Of a stretch of DNA of 64,000 nt, positions 1-10,126 are shown piece by piece. The position numbers and the translations under genes were made by a program. This stretch comes from Gammaproteobacteria bacterium. Lineage in GTDB: Bacteria > Pseudomonadota > Gammaproteobacteria > SZUA-140. Below the pieces are notes generated by a model, which ran no database searches, was not told where the DNA came from, and was given only the letters and a program-made list of their open reading frames with translations. The stretch is taken from contig JALSGV010000044.1 of assembly GCA_026982565.1 (NCBI GenBank), positions 8,506 to 72,505 of the forward strand. Reading direction: 5' to 3'. Position 1 is the first letter of the stretch; every line of letters begins with the position of its first letter.

Positions 1-181
1 AGTTATGGGTCAATTCGATGACGGCCGACTTGCTCTCGTCCTCATAGCCGACGAAAGCCAGGGTAAACCGGCCTTCCGTATACTCCTCCATGCGCAGCAG
101 GCGCATGGCCAGGACCTCGGTGTAGAACTTGATGGACCGTTCGAGATTCCCGACACGGATCATGGTGTGAATAATGCGCAT
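1..181 (-). CDS. gloA: lactoylglutathione lyase (glyoxalase I), 5' part, runs off window
   Basis: Manual translation from ATG at 181: [30 protein letters not shown]...FTLAFVGY...IELTHN, the typical GloA N-terminus; not in the ORF track. Confidence 0.92.
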   Translation of the reverse strand, partial: MRIIHTMIRVGNLERSIKFYTEVLAMRLLRMEEYTEGRFTLAFVGYEDESKSAVIELTHN

Positions 182-280
182 TGCCTCTCCCTCATGTTCT
201 CGCCCCCGCCAGCCCGGTCCATGCGCCGCTTCCCGGCAAAGCGCATCACGACAGGCCGGTCTTGTTTCCGGGCGTCCCTG

Positions 281-1492
281 TTATTGTTTTAAACGTGCTG
301 CGATACGCAAGCGCAGCGCATTCAGCCTGATGAATCCGGCGGCATCCTTCTGGTTGTATTTCCCCTCATCATCTTCGAACGTGGCGACATCTGCATCGAA
401 AAGACTGTAACTCTCCGACCTCCTGCCGACCACCTGGACATTGCCCTTGTACAGTTTGAGGCGCACCTCGCCTGTTACCGTGGCCTGGGACATGTCGATC
501 ATCTCCTGCAACATCTCCCGCTCCGGGCTCCACCAGTAGCCGTTATAGATGAGACTGGCGTAACGGGGCATAAGTTCATCTTTCAGGTGGGCCACCTCCC
601 GGTCCAGGGTGATGGACTCCAGGGCGCGGTGGGCCTTGAGCATGATGGTGCCGCCGGGCGTCTCGTAACAGCCGCGGGATTTCATGCCCACATATCGGTT
701 TTCCACGATGTCCAGGCGGCCGATGCCGTTCTGCCCCCCCAGATGGTTCAAGGTCGCCAACACCTTGGCGGGACTCATGGCCTCGCCGTTGATGGCGGTG
801 ATATCCCCCTTCTCATAGGTCAGCTCGACATACACCGGCTGATCCGGCGCCTGCTCCGGGGCCACCGACCAGCGCCACATGTCCTGCTCCGGCTCGCACC
901 AGGGATCCTCCAGGCACCCACCCTCATAGGAAATGTGCAGCAGGTTGGCGTCCATGGAGTATGGGGACTTCCTGCCGCGTTTCTTCTCGATGGGTATGCC
1001 GTGCCGCTCGGCATAGGCCAGCAGTTTCTCCCGCGAATTGAGATCCCACTCCCGCCAGGGCGCGATGACATGAATATCGGGCTTGAGGGCATAGGCGCCC
1101 AGCTCGAAACGCACCTGATCGTTGCCCTTGCCGGTGGCGCCGTGGGAAATGGCGTCGGCGCCCGTCTCGCTGGCGATCTCCACCAGGCGCTTGGCGATGA
1201 GGGGACGCGCAATGGAAGTACCCAGCAGGTACTCGCCTTCATAGACCGTGTTGGCGCGGAACATGGGAAACACATAGTCGCGCACGAAATCCTCGCAGAG
1301 ATCCTCGATGTAGATTTCCTTCACCCCCAGGGCCTCGGCCTTGGCGCGCGCCGGCGCCACCTCCTCGCCCTGCCCGATATCCGCGGTGAAGGTCACCACC
1401 TCGCAACCATAGGTTTCCTGCAGCCAGCGCAGAATCACCGCTGTATCCAGGCCGCCGGAATAGGCGAGCACGACTTTCTTGATGTCTGACAT
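281..1492 (-). CDS. argG: argininosuccinate synthase
   Basis: [43 protein letters not shown] motifs. Confidence 0.98.
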   Translation of the reverse strand: MSDIKKVVLAYSGGLDTAVILRWLQETYGCEVVTFTADIGQGEEVAPARAKAEALGVKEIYIEDLCEDFVRDYVFPMFRANTVYEGEYLLGTSIARPLIAKRLVEIASETGADAISHGATGKGNDQVRFELGAYALKPDIHVIAPWREWDLNSREKLLAYAERHGIPIEKKRGRKSPYSMDANLLHISYEGGCLEDPWCEPEQDMWRWSVAPEQAPDQPVYVELTYEKGDITAINGEAMSPAKVLATLNHLGGQNGIGRLDIVENRYVGMKSRGCYETPGGTIMLKAHRALESITLDREVAHLKDELMPRYASLIYNGYWWSPEREMLQEMIDMSQATVTGEVRLKLYKGNVQVVGRRSESYSLFDADVATFEDDEGKYNQKDAAGFIRLNALRLRIAARLKQ

Positions 1493-1549
1493 AGTCCGTA
1501 ATGTTGATGGTTGATATCTGTTATTCCCTCACCCCAACTCCTCTACCTC

Positions 1550-1606
1550 GGAGGGTGTCGTAAAAGCCCCTCTCCCGCCGGGAGAGGGGCTTTTACGACA
1601 CCCTCC
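1550..1606. repeat. perfect 27-bp inverted repeat with 3-nt loop (REP/MITE-like)
   Basis: GGAGGGTGTCGTAAAAGCCCCTCTCCC-gcc-GGGAGAGGGGCTTTTACGACACCCTCC; related copies at 11806-11866, 31587-31652 and 58210-58233. Confidence 0.9.
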
Positions 1607-1683
1607 ATGGGGAGTGGGAAACGAAAGGGACAGCCCCGATCCCAATCTTCTATCTTTCCTCTTTCCTCTTTTATCTTTAAAGT

Positions 1684-4600
1684 TTATCTTTTCCCCGCCT
1701 TCTTCGCCGACCGCATCAGACGCGACAACAAACGCCGCGCCATCTCGCCAAACATCTCGGTCTGGGTGGGATGGGGATGAATGGCCGCGGCGACCTGGTC
1801 CAGCGTCATCCTGCCGGCGACCATCATCACGGCCTCGCCGATGAGGGTATCCGCATGGTCCGCCAGGAAATGCACGCCGACGATGCGCCGCGTCTTCTTG
1901 TCGGCCACGATCTTGATCATGCCCAGGGTCTCGCCCGTGATCATGGCCTTGGCGTCGATGCTGAAGGGCATCTTGACCTCCACCGCATCCATGCCCTTTT
2001 CTCTGGCCTGCGCCACGGACAGGCCGACGAAGGCGGCCTGGGGCCGGGTGAAGATCACGCCGCAGTCCTGATCCTGGTCATAGGCCGCCGGCTCGCCGGC
2101 GATGGTGGACGCGGCCACGCGCCCTTGTTGTCCCGCCGTATGGGCCAGCATCAGGCCGCCGATGACATCGCCGACCGCGAAGATGTGAGGAACACTGGTG
2201 CGGCAACTGGCGTCGGCCTTGATGACGCCCCGCTCGATGGCCACGCCGGCCTTGTCCAGTTTGAGGGGCTCCAGCACAGGGCGCTTGCCCGTGGCCATGA
2301 TGACGTAGTCGCACTCAGTCTTGTGGGACTGGCCACCGGCGTCCTCGAACTCAACCGTCATGGCCCCCGGCGCGCCGGCGATGGCGCCGATCTTGACGGC
2401 GGTCTTGATGTCGAGGCGCGGTTCGTCATTGAGAATGGCGGTCAACTGGCCGGCAATCTCCGTCTCCACTTCCGCCAGGATGCGCTCCTGGGCCTCCAGC
2501 AAGGTCACCTCGGCACCGAAATCCTGGAAGATCTGCGCCATCTCCAGGCCGATGGCGCCACCACCGATGACCACCATGCTCCTGGGCACCTCGGTCAAAC
2601 CCCATACCGTATCCGATGTCAGGACCCCGCCCTGAGCCACACCCTCGGCGGCGCCGGGAATGGGCGGCACGTAGGGCGGCGCGCCGGTGGCGATGACGGC
2701 GCAGCCGAAAGTGATGCGTTCACCCTGGCTGCCATCCCCCAGGGGGGCGCGCGCGTGGGGGTCGGTGGTATTGGCCGAGGTATCCACGAACAACTGGTGA
2801 TCCGACTCGAAAGAGGCAAATCCCTGGATGACCTTGATCTTGACCCCCTTGTCGGTCTTGAGGGCCATGTCGCCACGGGTCTCCAGCACCTCGCGGCGCG
2901 TCTTCTCCAGCAGGGACCAGTCCAGCTTCGCGCCGGTGGTGCCCACCACGCCCAGATGGGCGTCATGGGCGCGGTCGCGGATGCGGTCCGCCGCGGCGCG
3001 CCAGGCCTTGGAGGGAATGCAGCCGCGCCACAGGCACTCGCCGCCCGGATAGGGCGCGTCGTTGATCATGGCCACCTTGATGCCATGGGCGGCCAGATCG
3101 CGGGCGCAGTCCTCGCCGCCCGGACCGCCGCCGATGACGACCACGTCATAATCCCATTCCCCTTCCGGGATGGCGGGGCCGGGCGCGCCCATCCAGGTCT
3201 CCGGGTGTTCGATTGCCTGCTTGAGCGCCTTGAGATACAAAGCCACCTGGGCGCCGTTCACCACGCGGTGATCGGCGGTGACGGTGAGGGGCATGCCCTC
3301 CTTGCCGGCGGCGGAAATGGCCAGAATGGCCGCCGTGCCGGGCGTCGGGATGGCATCGAAATGGTCGACGCCCAGCATACCCATATTGGAAACCATAAAG
3401 GTAGGATTGGAGAATTCCTCGGGCTTGAGGCGGCGGTTGCGCGCCTTCGCCACCAGATCCTTCCAGTCCTGGTTCAGTTCTTCCAGGGGGCGCGATTCAC
3501 AATGGCGCAGCACCGGCACCACCAGGCCGCCGTCATCGGCCGCCACCGCCATGCCCACATCCACGTTGCCGCGCTCCACCAGCTTGTCCACGGGCTGATA
3601 GGCCCAGTTCATGCGTGGCTGTTCCTGCATGGCCAGGGCGCAGGCCTTGGCGATGGCCACCGTCACCGATACCCCGTTCTTCTTGGCCGCGCGGATCAGG
3701 GCGTCGGGATGGGCGTTGACCGTGACCCGGAAGGTGGGCATGGTCAGTGAGGCCGTCATGTTCTGGCTGATGGCGCGCTCCAGGGAAGTCATCTTGCGGC
3801 CCTCGCCCGGCACCTGAATCTCGGGCATGGCGGGCGCGGCAGCCGCGGCCACGGGGGCCGGCGCGCCGTGTTGCCTCCCTTGTCGCGCGGCGGCGCGTTG
3901 CACATCGCTGCCCGTGATGACGCCGCCGGGCCCGCTGCCGCTCAGGGCGGCCAGGTCCACGCCATACTCCGCCGCCAGTTGGCGAGCGTAGGGCGTCGCC
4001 TGCTTTCCCGCGGGGCGCGGCGCCGGCGCCAGGCCCGGCATGCGGGCGGGGACTGGTGACTCCGCCTCCGCCGCAGGGGCGTCAGGCTGCGCCGCGGCTT
4101 CCTTGGGGGCGGCAGCCGCGGGAGAGGCCGCTTCGTCGCGCACCACCTGCGCGGCGGCCTCCACCAGGTAGGCCATGGGGGCGCCCACGGGCACCACACT
4201 GTCCACAGGGGTGATGGGACCGGACAGATAGCCCTCGCGGAACACCTCCACGTCCATAATGGCCTTGTCCGTCTCCACGGTGGCGACGATGTCGCCGCGC
4301 TCGATCCTGTCCCCGATATTCTTTTCCCAACTGACGACGATGCCTTCCGTCATGGTGTCGGAGAGCTGGGGCATCTTGATGGTATGCACCACCCCCTCCG
4401 GGGCCGCGGCGGCGCCGGAGGGCGCCGTGGATTCGGAAACCGCCGCCTCGGCTTCCGCCGCCGTGGCATCTTCCTGAGCAGAATCAGCCTGAACCGGCGC
4501 GCGCTCTGTTGCAAGCGCTTCTGTCGATACTTCTTCAGGGGTTTCCACCAGAAAGGCGATGGGCTCGCCCACCGGCACGGTGGCATCGACCTCGACGCGC

Positions 4601-4782
4601 GGCCCGGACAGATAGCCCTCGCGGAACACCTCCACGTCCATGATGGCCTTGTCCGTCTCCACGGTGGCGACGATATCGCCGCGCTCGATCCTGTCCCCGA
4701 TGTTCTTTTCCCAACTGACCAGCACACCTTCCGTCATGGTATCGGAAAGCTGGGGCATCTTGATGGCGTATCTTTCAGACAT
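1684..4782 (-). CDS. fused dihydrolipoamide acyltransferase (2 lipoyl domains, PSBD, E2 core) / dihydrolipoamide dehydrogenase (E3)
   Basis: Two VETDKA lipoyl domains, ATPYARQLA...GPGGVI binding domain, DHRVVNG E2 motif, then GGGPGG, CLWRGCIPSK, GGGAIG and HPTQTE E3 motifs in one frame; start 4782 or 4791. Confidence 0.92.
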   Translation of the reverse strand: MSERYAIKMPQLSDTMTEGVLVSWEKNIGDRIERGDIVATVETDKAIMDVEVFREGYLSGPRVEVDATVPVGEPIAFLVETPEEVSTEALATERAPVQADSAQEDATAAEAEAAVSESTAPSGAAAAPEGVVHTIKMPQLSDTMTEGIVVSWEKNIGDRIERGDIVATVETDKAIMDVEVFREGYLSGPITPVDSVVPVGAPMAYLVEAAAQVVRDEAASPAAAAPKEAAAQPDAPAAEAESPVPARMPGLAPAPRPAGKQATPYARQLAAEYGVDLAALSGSGPGGVITGSDVQRAAARQGRQHGAPAPVAAAAAPAMPEIQVPGEGRKMTSLERAISQNMTASLTMPTFRVTVNAHPDALIRAAKKNGVSVTVAIAKACALAMQEQPRMNWAYQPVDKLVERGNVDVGMAVAADDGGLVVPVLRHCESRPLEELNQDWKDLVAKARNRRLKPEEFSNPTFMVSNMGMLGVDHFDAIPTPGTAAILAISAAGKEGMPLTVTADHRVVNGAQVALYLKALKQAIEHPETWMGAPGPAIPEGEWDYDVVVIGGGPGGEDCARDLAAHGIKVAMINDAPYPGGECLWRGCIPSKAWRAAADRIRDRAHDAHLGVVGTTGAKLDWSLLEKTRREVLETRGDMALKTDKGVKIKVIQGFASFESDHQLFVDTSANTTDPHARAPLGDGSQGERITFGCAVIATGAPPYVPPIPGAAEGVAQGGVLTSDTVWGLTEVPRSMVVIGGGAIGLEMAQIFQDFGAEVTLLEAQERILAEVETEIAGQLTAILNDEPRLDIKTAVKIGAIAGAPGAMTVEFEDAGGQSHKTECDYVIMATGKRPVLEPLKLDKAGVAIERGVIKADASCRTSVPHIFAVGDVIGGLMLAHTAGQQGRVAASTIAGEPAAYDQDQDCGVIFTRPQAAFVGLSVAQAREKGMDAVEVKMPFSIDAKAMITGETLGMIKIVADKKTRRIVGVHFLADHADTLIGEAVMMVAGRMTLDQVAAAIHPHPTQTEMFGEMARRLLSRLMRSAKKAGKR
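4221..4766 (-). repeat. duplicated lipoyl-domain coding sequence (4221-4382 and 4605-4766)
   Basis: Near-identical 162-bp copies 384 bp apart. Confidence 0.9.
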
Positions 4783-4887
4783 GTCACTCACTCAGGAATT
4801 TTGGTACCGCAGAGGATACCCGGATTTGCAGAAAATACAATCCCTTCCCGCATCTCCAGGGATGGGGGAAGGGGTATGGAGCAGGTG

Positions 4888-5874
4888 TCAGTGTTTGCCG
4901 GGAAACAGGGACAGGGCCGCCGCGATGACATCCTTGGCGGAGGGTATGGCCGCCTTTTCCAGCTTGTGATTGTAGGGGATGGGCACATTGGCGGCGGAGA
5001 CGCGCACCGGCGGCGCATCCAGCTCGAAAAAGCATTCCTCGTTGAAGATGGCCATCACCTCGGCGCCCACCCCGACGGGGGCCTCGGCCTCCTCGGCGAT
5101 GATGGCCTTGTGGGTGCGGGCGACGGAGGCCTTGATGCCCTCGCGGTCCAGAGGGCTGAGCGCATAGAGATCCACCACCTCGGCCTCGATGCCGTGCTCC
5201 CTGGACAGCACTTCGGCGGCCTGCAGGCACCAGTGTACGGAGATGTTGTAGCCGAACAGGGTGATGTCACGTCCCTGTCTGACCACCTCGGAGCCTTCCA
5301 GGGGATGGAAGAATTCCTCGTCGGGCACCTCGCCCTTCATGTTGTACATGAGTTCGTGCTCGTTGATGAACACGGGATCGGCGCAGCGCACCGCCGATTT
5401 CAGCAGGCCATAGGCCTGTTTCGGGTTGGAGGGCGTCACCACGCGCAGCCCGGCGATGCCCATGAACACCTTCTCCATGCGCGCGGAGTGCTGGGCGCCC
5501 AACTGATGGGCGGTGCCGCCCGGCGAGCGGATGACGATGGGCGCCGTGAGCTGGCCGCCGGACATGTAACGCACCTTGGCGGCGGTGTTGACGATCTGGT
5601 CCGTGGCCAGCCAGGCGAAGTTCACCGACATGATCTCGATGATGGGCTTGACGCCCACGAAAGAGGCGCCGATGCCCAGGCCGGTGTAGCCGTTCTCGCT
5701 GATGGGCGTGTCGATGACCCGCTCCGCGCCGTACTTGTCGTACAGCCCCTGCGTGGCCTTGTAAGTGCCACCGGCCACGCCGATGTCCTCGCCCATGACA
5801 ATGACCAGGGGGTCATTGCCCAATTCCTCATCGTGGGCGCGGCGCAGCGCCTCCCAATACATCATCTGTGACAT
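4888..5874 (-). CDS. pdhB: pyruvate/2-oxoacid dehydrogenase E1 beta subunit
   Basis: MGEDIG, RVIDTPISE, GAQHS motifs; operon with E1 alpha and E2-E3. Confidence 0.93.
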   Translation of the reverse strand: MSQMMYWEALRRAHDEELGNDPLVIVMGEDIGVAGGTYKATQGLYDKYGAERVIDTPISENGYTGLGIGASFVGVKPIIEIMSVNFAWLATDQIVNTAAKVRYMSGGQLTAPIVIRSPGGTAHQLGAQHSARMEKVFMGIAGLRVVTPSNPKQAYGLLKSAVRCADPVFINEHELMYNMKGEVPDEEFFHPLEGSEVVRQGRDITLFGYNISVHWCLQAAEVLSREHGIEAEVVDLYALSPLDREGIKASVARTHKAIIAEEAEAPVGVGAEVMAIFNEECFFELDAPPVRVSAANVPIPYNHKLEKAAIPSAKDVIAAALSLFPGKH

Positions 5875-6923
5875 TAGTTGACTCCACCGTGTACATAGGG
5901 ATCGTTTTCGGCCAGCACATACTTCTCCAGATCCTCCACCCTGGGCTCCGGGGACTGCTCGGCGAAACCGATCACTTCATTTTCAATCTCTTCGATAATG
6001 GCCTTGTCCATTTCCTTGAACTCGCTCAGGGTCAGATCCCGGGAGTCGATGAGGCGGTTGCGCAGGATGTGGATGGGATCGCGCTTGAGCCACTTGCTCT
6101 CTTCGTCCTTGGAACGGTAGGCGTTGGAATCGGACATGGAATGGCCGCGGTAGCGGTAGGTCATCAATTCCAAAAAATAAGGCCCGTTGCCGGACCTTAC
6201 GTGTTCGATCGCCTTTTTGGCCGCCGCATACACCACCTCCACGTCCTGACCGTCCACCTGGACGGCGGGAATATCGTAGGCGGCGGCGCGCTTGTACTGA
6301 TCCTGAACCGCCGTGGAGCGGTCGATGCGGGTGCCGATGCCGTAGAGATTGTTTTCACACACATAGAGCACGGGCAGATCCCAGATCTTGGCCATGTTCA
6401 GGGACTCGTGAAAGGTGCCCTGGTTGTTGGCGGCATCGCCCAGAAAACAAATGGAGATCTCGTCCCCGCCCTTCATCTTGAGGCCCTTGGCGATGCCCAC
6501 CGCCAGCGGAAACGGGCCGCCCACCAGGGCATAACCGCCCATGAAACGGTGCGCCACGTCGAAGATGTGCATGGAACCGCCACGGCCCTTGCAGGTGCCG
6601 CCCTCCTTGCCGAACAACTCCGCCATGACCGCGCGCGGATCGGATCCGCACTTGATGGCGTGGATATGGTCGCGGTAGCTGGTCATGACATAGTCATGGC
6701 CGATGCGCGCGGCTTCGAGCACGCCATGGGCGCACGCCTCCTCGCCGGAATAGAGATGCAGGAACCCGCCGATCTTGCGCTCCACGTAGGCCTCGTAACA
6801 TCTTTCCTCAAAACGCCGGGCGTAGAGCATTTCGCGCAGCAGCCGCTTTTTGTCCGTCACGCTGAGCAGTTCACTGTCGTTCTCCGCCACACCCTGTTGT
6901 GCAAAACCTGGCATTACTTTCAT
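5874..6923 (-). CDS. pdhA: pyruvate/2-oxoacid dehydrogenase E1 alpha subunit
   Basis: GFLHLYSGEEA, GRGGSMH, GDAA...NN ThDP motif, TYRYRGHSMSD; start moved to ATG 6923. Confidence 0.93.
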   Translation of the reverse strand: MKVMPGFAQQGVAENDSELLSVTDKKRLLREMLYARRFEERCYEAYVERKIGGFLHLYSGEEACAHGVLEAARIGHDYVMTSYRDHIHAIKCGSDPRAVMAELFGKEGGTCKGRGGSMHIFDVAHRFMGGYALVGGPFPLAVGIAKGLKMKGGDEISICFLGDAANNQGTFHESLNMAKIWDLPVLYVCENNLYGIGTRIDRSTAVQDQYKRAAAYDIPAVQVDGQDVEVVYAAAKKAIEHVRSGNGPYFLELMTYRYRGHSMSDSNAYRSKDEESKWLKRDPIHILRNRLIDSRDLTLSEFKEMDKAIIEEIENEVIGFAEQSPEPRVEDLEKYVLAENDPYVHGGVN

Positions 6924-7113
6924 AAGCCATCCTTCTGTTATTTCGTGTATGAAAAATCTGTCGATTTGGTTACGATGAACGGCCTGGCCACCCCCGGTTT
7001 CGTTATATTTTTGCGGTATGGCCGGCAAAAACCCATCATCTTTGGCCCGCTATCATCAGCTTTTTTGGCTACCAGGTCAAGAATATACCACACAATAAGA
7101 AAGGTTATTAGAC

Positions 7114-8598
7114 GTGAAAATCCATTTGAAACACCGCGCGGACCTGCCCACGCAGGCGGAACTCGACAAGATCAGCAACCTCATCATTTTGCTGCCGGAA
7201 CGGGACACATCTGCGCCCTGGCCCGCCTTTCCATTCATGAAAATTATTAGAAACAGGCTTAAAATCACTGATTCAAAAATAAATTCCAAATCGGCGATAA
7301 CGACCGACTTGCCCAACGAGGCAGGCACGCGGACCACCCTGAGCACCCTCAGGGCCGAACTCACCACCCATGAACTGCTGCGCCTGGCGCGCAAGCACGC
7401 CGATGTCCATCTGGCGCAGAATCCCCGCGACGTCACCCTCATCATGCCGGGCATCCGCCAGCGGGCGCTGCGTCACCGCGCGGCCGAGGCCATGCTCGCC
7501 GCACTCCTCGCCGGAGCCGCCGCCATGCCCACCTGCAAGAGCGCCAAGCCCGGCAAAAAGCGCCTGCGCGCCGTCACCTGCCACGGCCTCGGCGATTCAT
7601 TCGACTACCGGCGCATCCAGGCCGAGTGCGCGGGCAACTCCCTGGCGCGGGAGCTGACGGCCCTGCCTCCGAACCTGCTGACGCCCCGCCTCTACCGCCA
7701 GCGCATCCGGCAACTGGCGCGCCAGCAGGGCTGGACAATGCGCTTCCTGAACCACAAGGCCCTGGAGAAGGAAAACGCCGGCGCCTTCCTGGCCGTGGCC
7801 CAGGGCAGCCCGGACAAGGACGCCGGCATGGTGCGCCTCAGCTATATTCCCGCGCGCGGCAAAAGCAGAAAGCCCCTCACCCTCGTCGGCAAGGGCATCT
7901 GCTACGACACGGGCGGCGTCAACCTGAAACCCGCCCGCCACATGCACGGCATGCACGAGGACATGCAGGGCAGCGCCGTGGCCCTGGGCGCCCTCCTCGC
8001 CCTGAGCCAGCTCAAGGTCCCGTTTCCCGTGCACTGCTGGCTCGCCCTGGCGCAGAACCACATCGGTCCCAGGGCCTACAAACAGAACGACGTCGTCACC
8101 GCCAGCAACGGCACCACCATCGAAGTGATGCACACGGACGCCGAAGGGCGCATGGTGCTGGCCGACACCCTGGCCCTGGCGGCCCGTGACAAGCCCGCCC
8201 TGATGATCGACTACGCCACCCTGACGGGGTCCTGCGTCTACGCCCTCGGCACCCGCTACAGCGGCGCCTTCACCAACCGGGACAGCTATATTCCAACCCT
8301 CATCGCGGCGGGAAAGCACAGTGGCGAACGGGTGTGGCCTTTCCCCCTCGACGAAGATTACGAAGAAGCCCTGGAGAGCAAAATCGCCGACATCAAACAA
8401 TGCACCCTGGATGGCGAGGCGGATCACATCATCGCCGCGCGCTTTCTGCAGCGCTTCGCGGGCAAGGGCCCCTGGATCCACATCGATCTGGCCGCAGGCA
8501 ATCACAAAGGGGGGCTGGGTCACATTCCCACGGACTACACGGGCTTCGGGGTGCGATTCACACTCAATCTGCTCCTCGACCAAAAGATCATGGAATGA
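7114..8598 (+). CDS. M17 leucyl aminopeptidase family protein
   Basis: VGKGICYDTGG, DMQG and HTDAEGR (NTDAEGR-like) motifs. Confidence 0.9.
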   Translation: MKIHLKHRADLPTQAELDKISNLIILLPERDTSAPWPAFPFMKIIRNRLKITDSKINSKSAITTDLPNEAGTRTTLSTLRAELTTHELLRLARKHADVHLAQNPRDVTLIMPGIRQRALRHRAAEAMLAALLAGAAAMPTCKSAKPGKKRLRAVTCHGLGDSFDYRRIQAECAGNSLARELTALPPNLLTPRLYRQRIRQLARQQGWTMRFLNHKALEKENAGAFLAVAQGSPDKDAGMVRLSYIPARGKSRKPLTLVGKGICYDTGGVNLKPARHMHGMHEDMQGSAVALGALLALSQLKVPFPVHCWLALAQNHIGPRAYKQNDVVTASNGTTIEVMHTDAEGRMVLADTLALAARDKPALMIDYATLTGSCVYALGTRYSGAFTNRDSYIPTLIAAGKHSGERVWPFPLDEDYEEALESKIADIKQCTLDGEADHIIAARFLQRFAGKGPWIHIDLAAGNHKGGLGHIPTDYTGFGVRFTLNLLLDQKIME

Positions 8599-8652
8599 GG
8601 CCCGGCGCCGTACTATAGTATAATGGGAAGGTAATCAGACAAAGGATTAGCC

Positions 8653-8865
8653 ATGAAAAACGAATTCACTGCGGTGATAAAGCAGGAAGCGGATTGGTGG
8701 ATAGGGTGGATTGAAGAGGTCCCAGGTGTCAATTGCCAGGAAAAAACCTATGAGGAATTGAGACAAACCTTGGAGCTTACGCTAAAAGAAGCCCTGGAAC
8801 TGAACCGGCAGGACGCTCTGACCGCCGCCGGCAGTGGCTACAAGGAAGAAAAAATCGCGCTATGA
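8653..8865 (+). CDS. hicB: HicB-family antitoxin (short)
   Basis: FTAVIKQEADWWIGWIEEVPGVNCQ...LKEAL HicB-like pattern; upstream of a HicA-like ORF. Confidence 0.85.
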   Translation: MKNEFTAVIKQEADWWIGWIEEVPGVNCQEKTYEELRQTLELTLKEALELNRQDALTAAGSGYKEEKIAL

Positions 8866-8871
8866 TCTCCA

Positions 8872-9060
8872 ATGAGGAGAAGTAAACTTCTCAAGCATCT
8901 GCGCAATCACGGATGCGCGCTTTTGAGAGAAGGCGCAAAGCACTCCTGGTGGCATAACCCAGCATTGAACAAGCGCTCCGCAATTCCACGCCATTCCGAA
9001 ATAAAGGATATTCTGGCCAATAAAATTTGCAAAGACCTCGGAGTTGAAACTTTCAAATGA
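8872..9060 (+). CDS. hicA: HicA-family toxin
   Basis: LREGAKH...IPRHSEI...ICKDLG. Confidence 0.88.
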   Translation: MRRSKLLKHLRNHGCALLREGAKHSWWHNPALNKRSAIPRHSEIKDILANKICKDLGVETFK

Positions 9061-9117
9061 CGGCAAACACAGCGTTATGCACTACCGCACATCACCCGGA
9101 ATAAAGAAGGAAACCCC

Positions 9118-10119
9118 ATGCCTGAAGAATCACCCTTAGTAGAGGCTCAAAAGCAATTCACCGCCGCCCTGCCCTTCCGCGCCATGCCCGGCGAAACCAT
9201 TCCCCTCGCTGAGGCCGCGGGCCGCATCCTCCATGAGGACCTGGTGGCGCCCGAGGCCATCCCGCCCTACCCGCGCGTCATCGTGGAAGGCTTTCTGGTC
9301 CATACGGCGGCCACCGAAGGGGCTGCGGAGGACTCGCCCGTCACGTTCGACATCGTCGGCGAAGTCATGCCCGGCGACAGCGCCTGCCCTGATTTTCTGC
9401 CGGGCCAGGCCCTGCGCGTGGCCACGGGCAGCATCGTGTCCGACCAGCCATTGTCCGTGGTGCGCATGTGGGAGGCCCGCGTTGAAGGACAGCAGGTCAC
9501 CATCACCCGCCCCTTCCCGCCGCGTTTCTTCATCGAGGAACAGGGCTGCGATATCCAGCAGGGCGCCACGGTACTGGAAGCAGGCAGCCGCCTCACCACC
9601 ATGGACATCGGCAACATCGCCAGCCTGGGCATCGACACACTCAGCGTGGCGCGCCGCCCACGTGTCACCGTATTCAGTTCCGGCGACGAGGTCATTCCCT
9701 ACACGGAGCCTATGAAGCCGGGCGCCATTCGTGACAGCAATTCCGTCATGCTGTGCGCCGCCATCGACGCGGCAGGGGGCGAAGCGGCCTTCGCCGGTAT
9801 CATGAAAGACGACTTCGACCACTTTGCCGCCACCCTGAAGCAGGCGCTGCAGGACGCCGACATGGCCGTGATCTCCGGCGGCACCGCCGTGGGCGGGCAG
9901 GACTTCATCTCCGACCTGCTGCGCGCCGTGGGGGAACTCATCGTGGACGGCGTGCCCATGCGCTCGGGGCGGCCCCTGATCATGGGCGTGGCGGAAGGCA
10001 AGCCCATCGTCTGTGTCGCCGGACACCCCCCCGAGGCCCTGCGCGGCTTCCGCCTCTTCGGCGTCGCGGCGCTGGACAGGATCACCGGCCACCAGGCCGG
10101 ACTGCCCGCGGACGACTGA
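9118..10119 (+). CDS. molybdopterin molybdotransferase MoeA-like protein (short, divergent)
   Basis: LAEAAGRIL, VATG, SSGDEV, IRDSN, SGGTAVG, GRP motifs; 333 aa. Confidence 0.8.
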   Translation: MPEESPLVEAQKQFTAALPFRAMPGETIPLAEAAGRILHEDLVAPEAIPPYPRVIVEGFLVHTAATEGAAEDSPVTFDIVGEVMPGDSACPDFLPGQALRVATGSIVSDQPLSVVRMWEARVEGQQVTITRPFPPRFFIEEQGCDIQQGATVLEAGSRLTTMDIGNIASLGIDTLSVARRPRVTVFSSGDEVIPYTEPMKPGAIRDSNSVMLCAAIDAAGGEAAFAGIMKDDFDHFAATLKQALQDADMAVISGGTAVGGQDFISDLLRAVGELIVDGVPMRSGRPLIMGVAEGKPIVCVAGHPPEALRGFRLFGVAALDRITGHQAGLPADD

Positions 10120-10126
10120 CCCGCGC

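Noticed and set aside
587..5871. Long plus-strand ORFs (587-1489, 1771-3750, 4384-5871)
   Set aside because: Antisense shadows of GC-rich real genes, with no motifs
6924..7028. N-terminal extension of E1 alpha in the ORF track
   Set aside because: No family resemblance; a better ATG with purine-rich upstream sequence is at 6923
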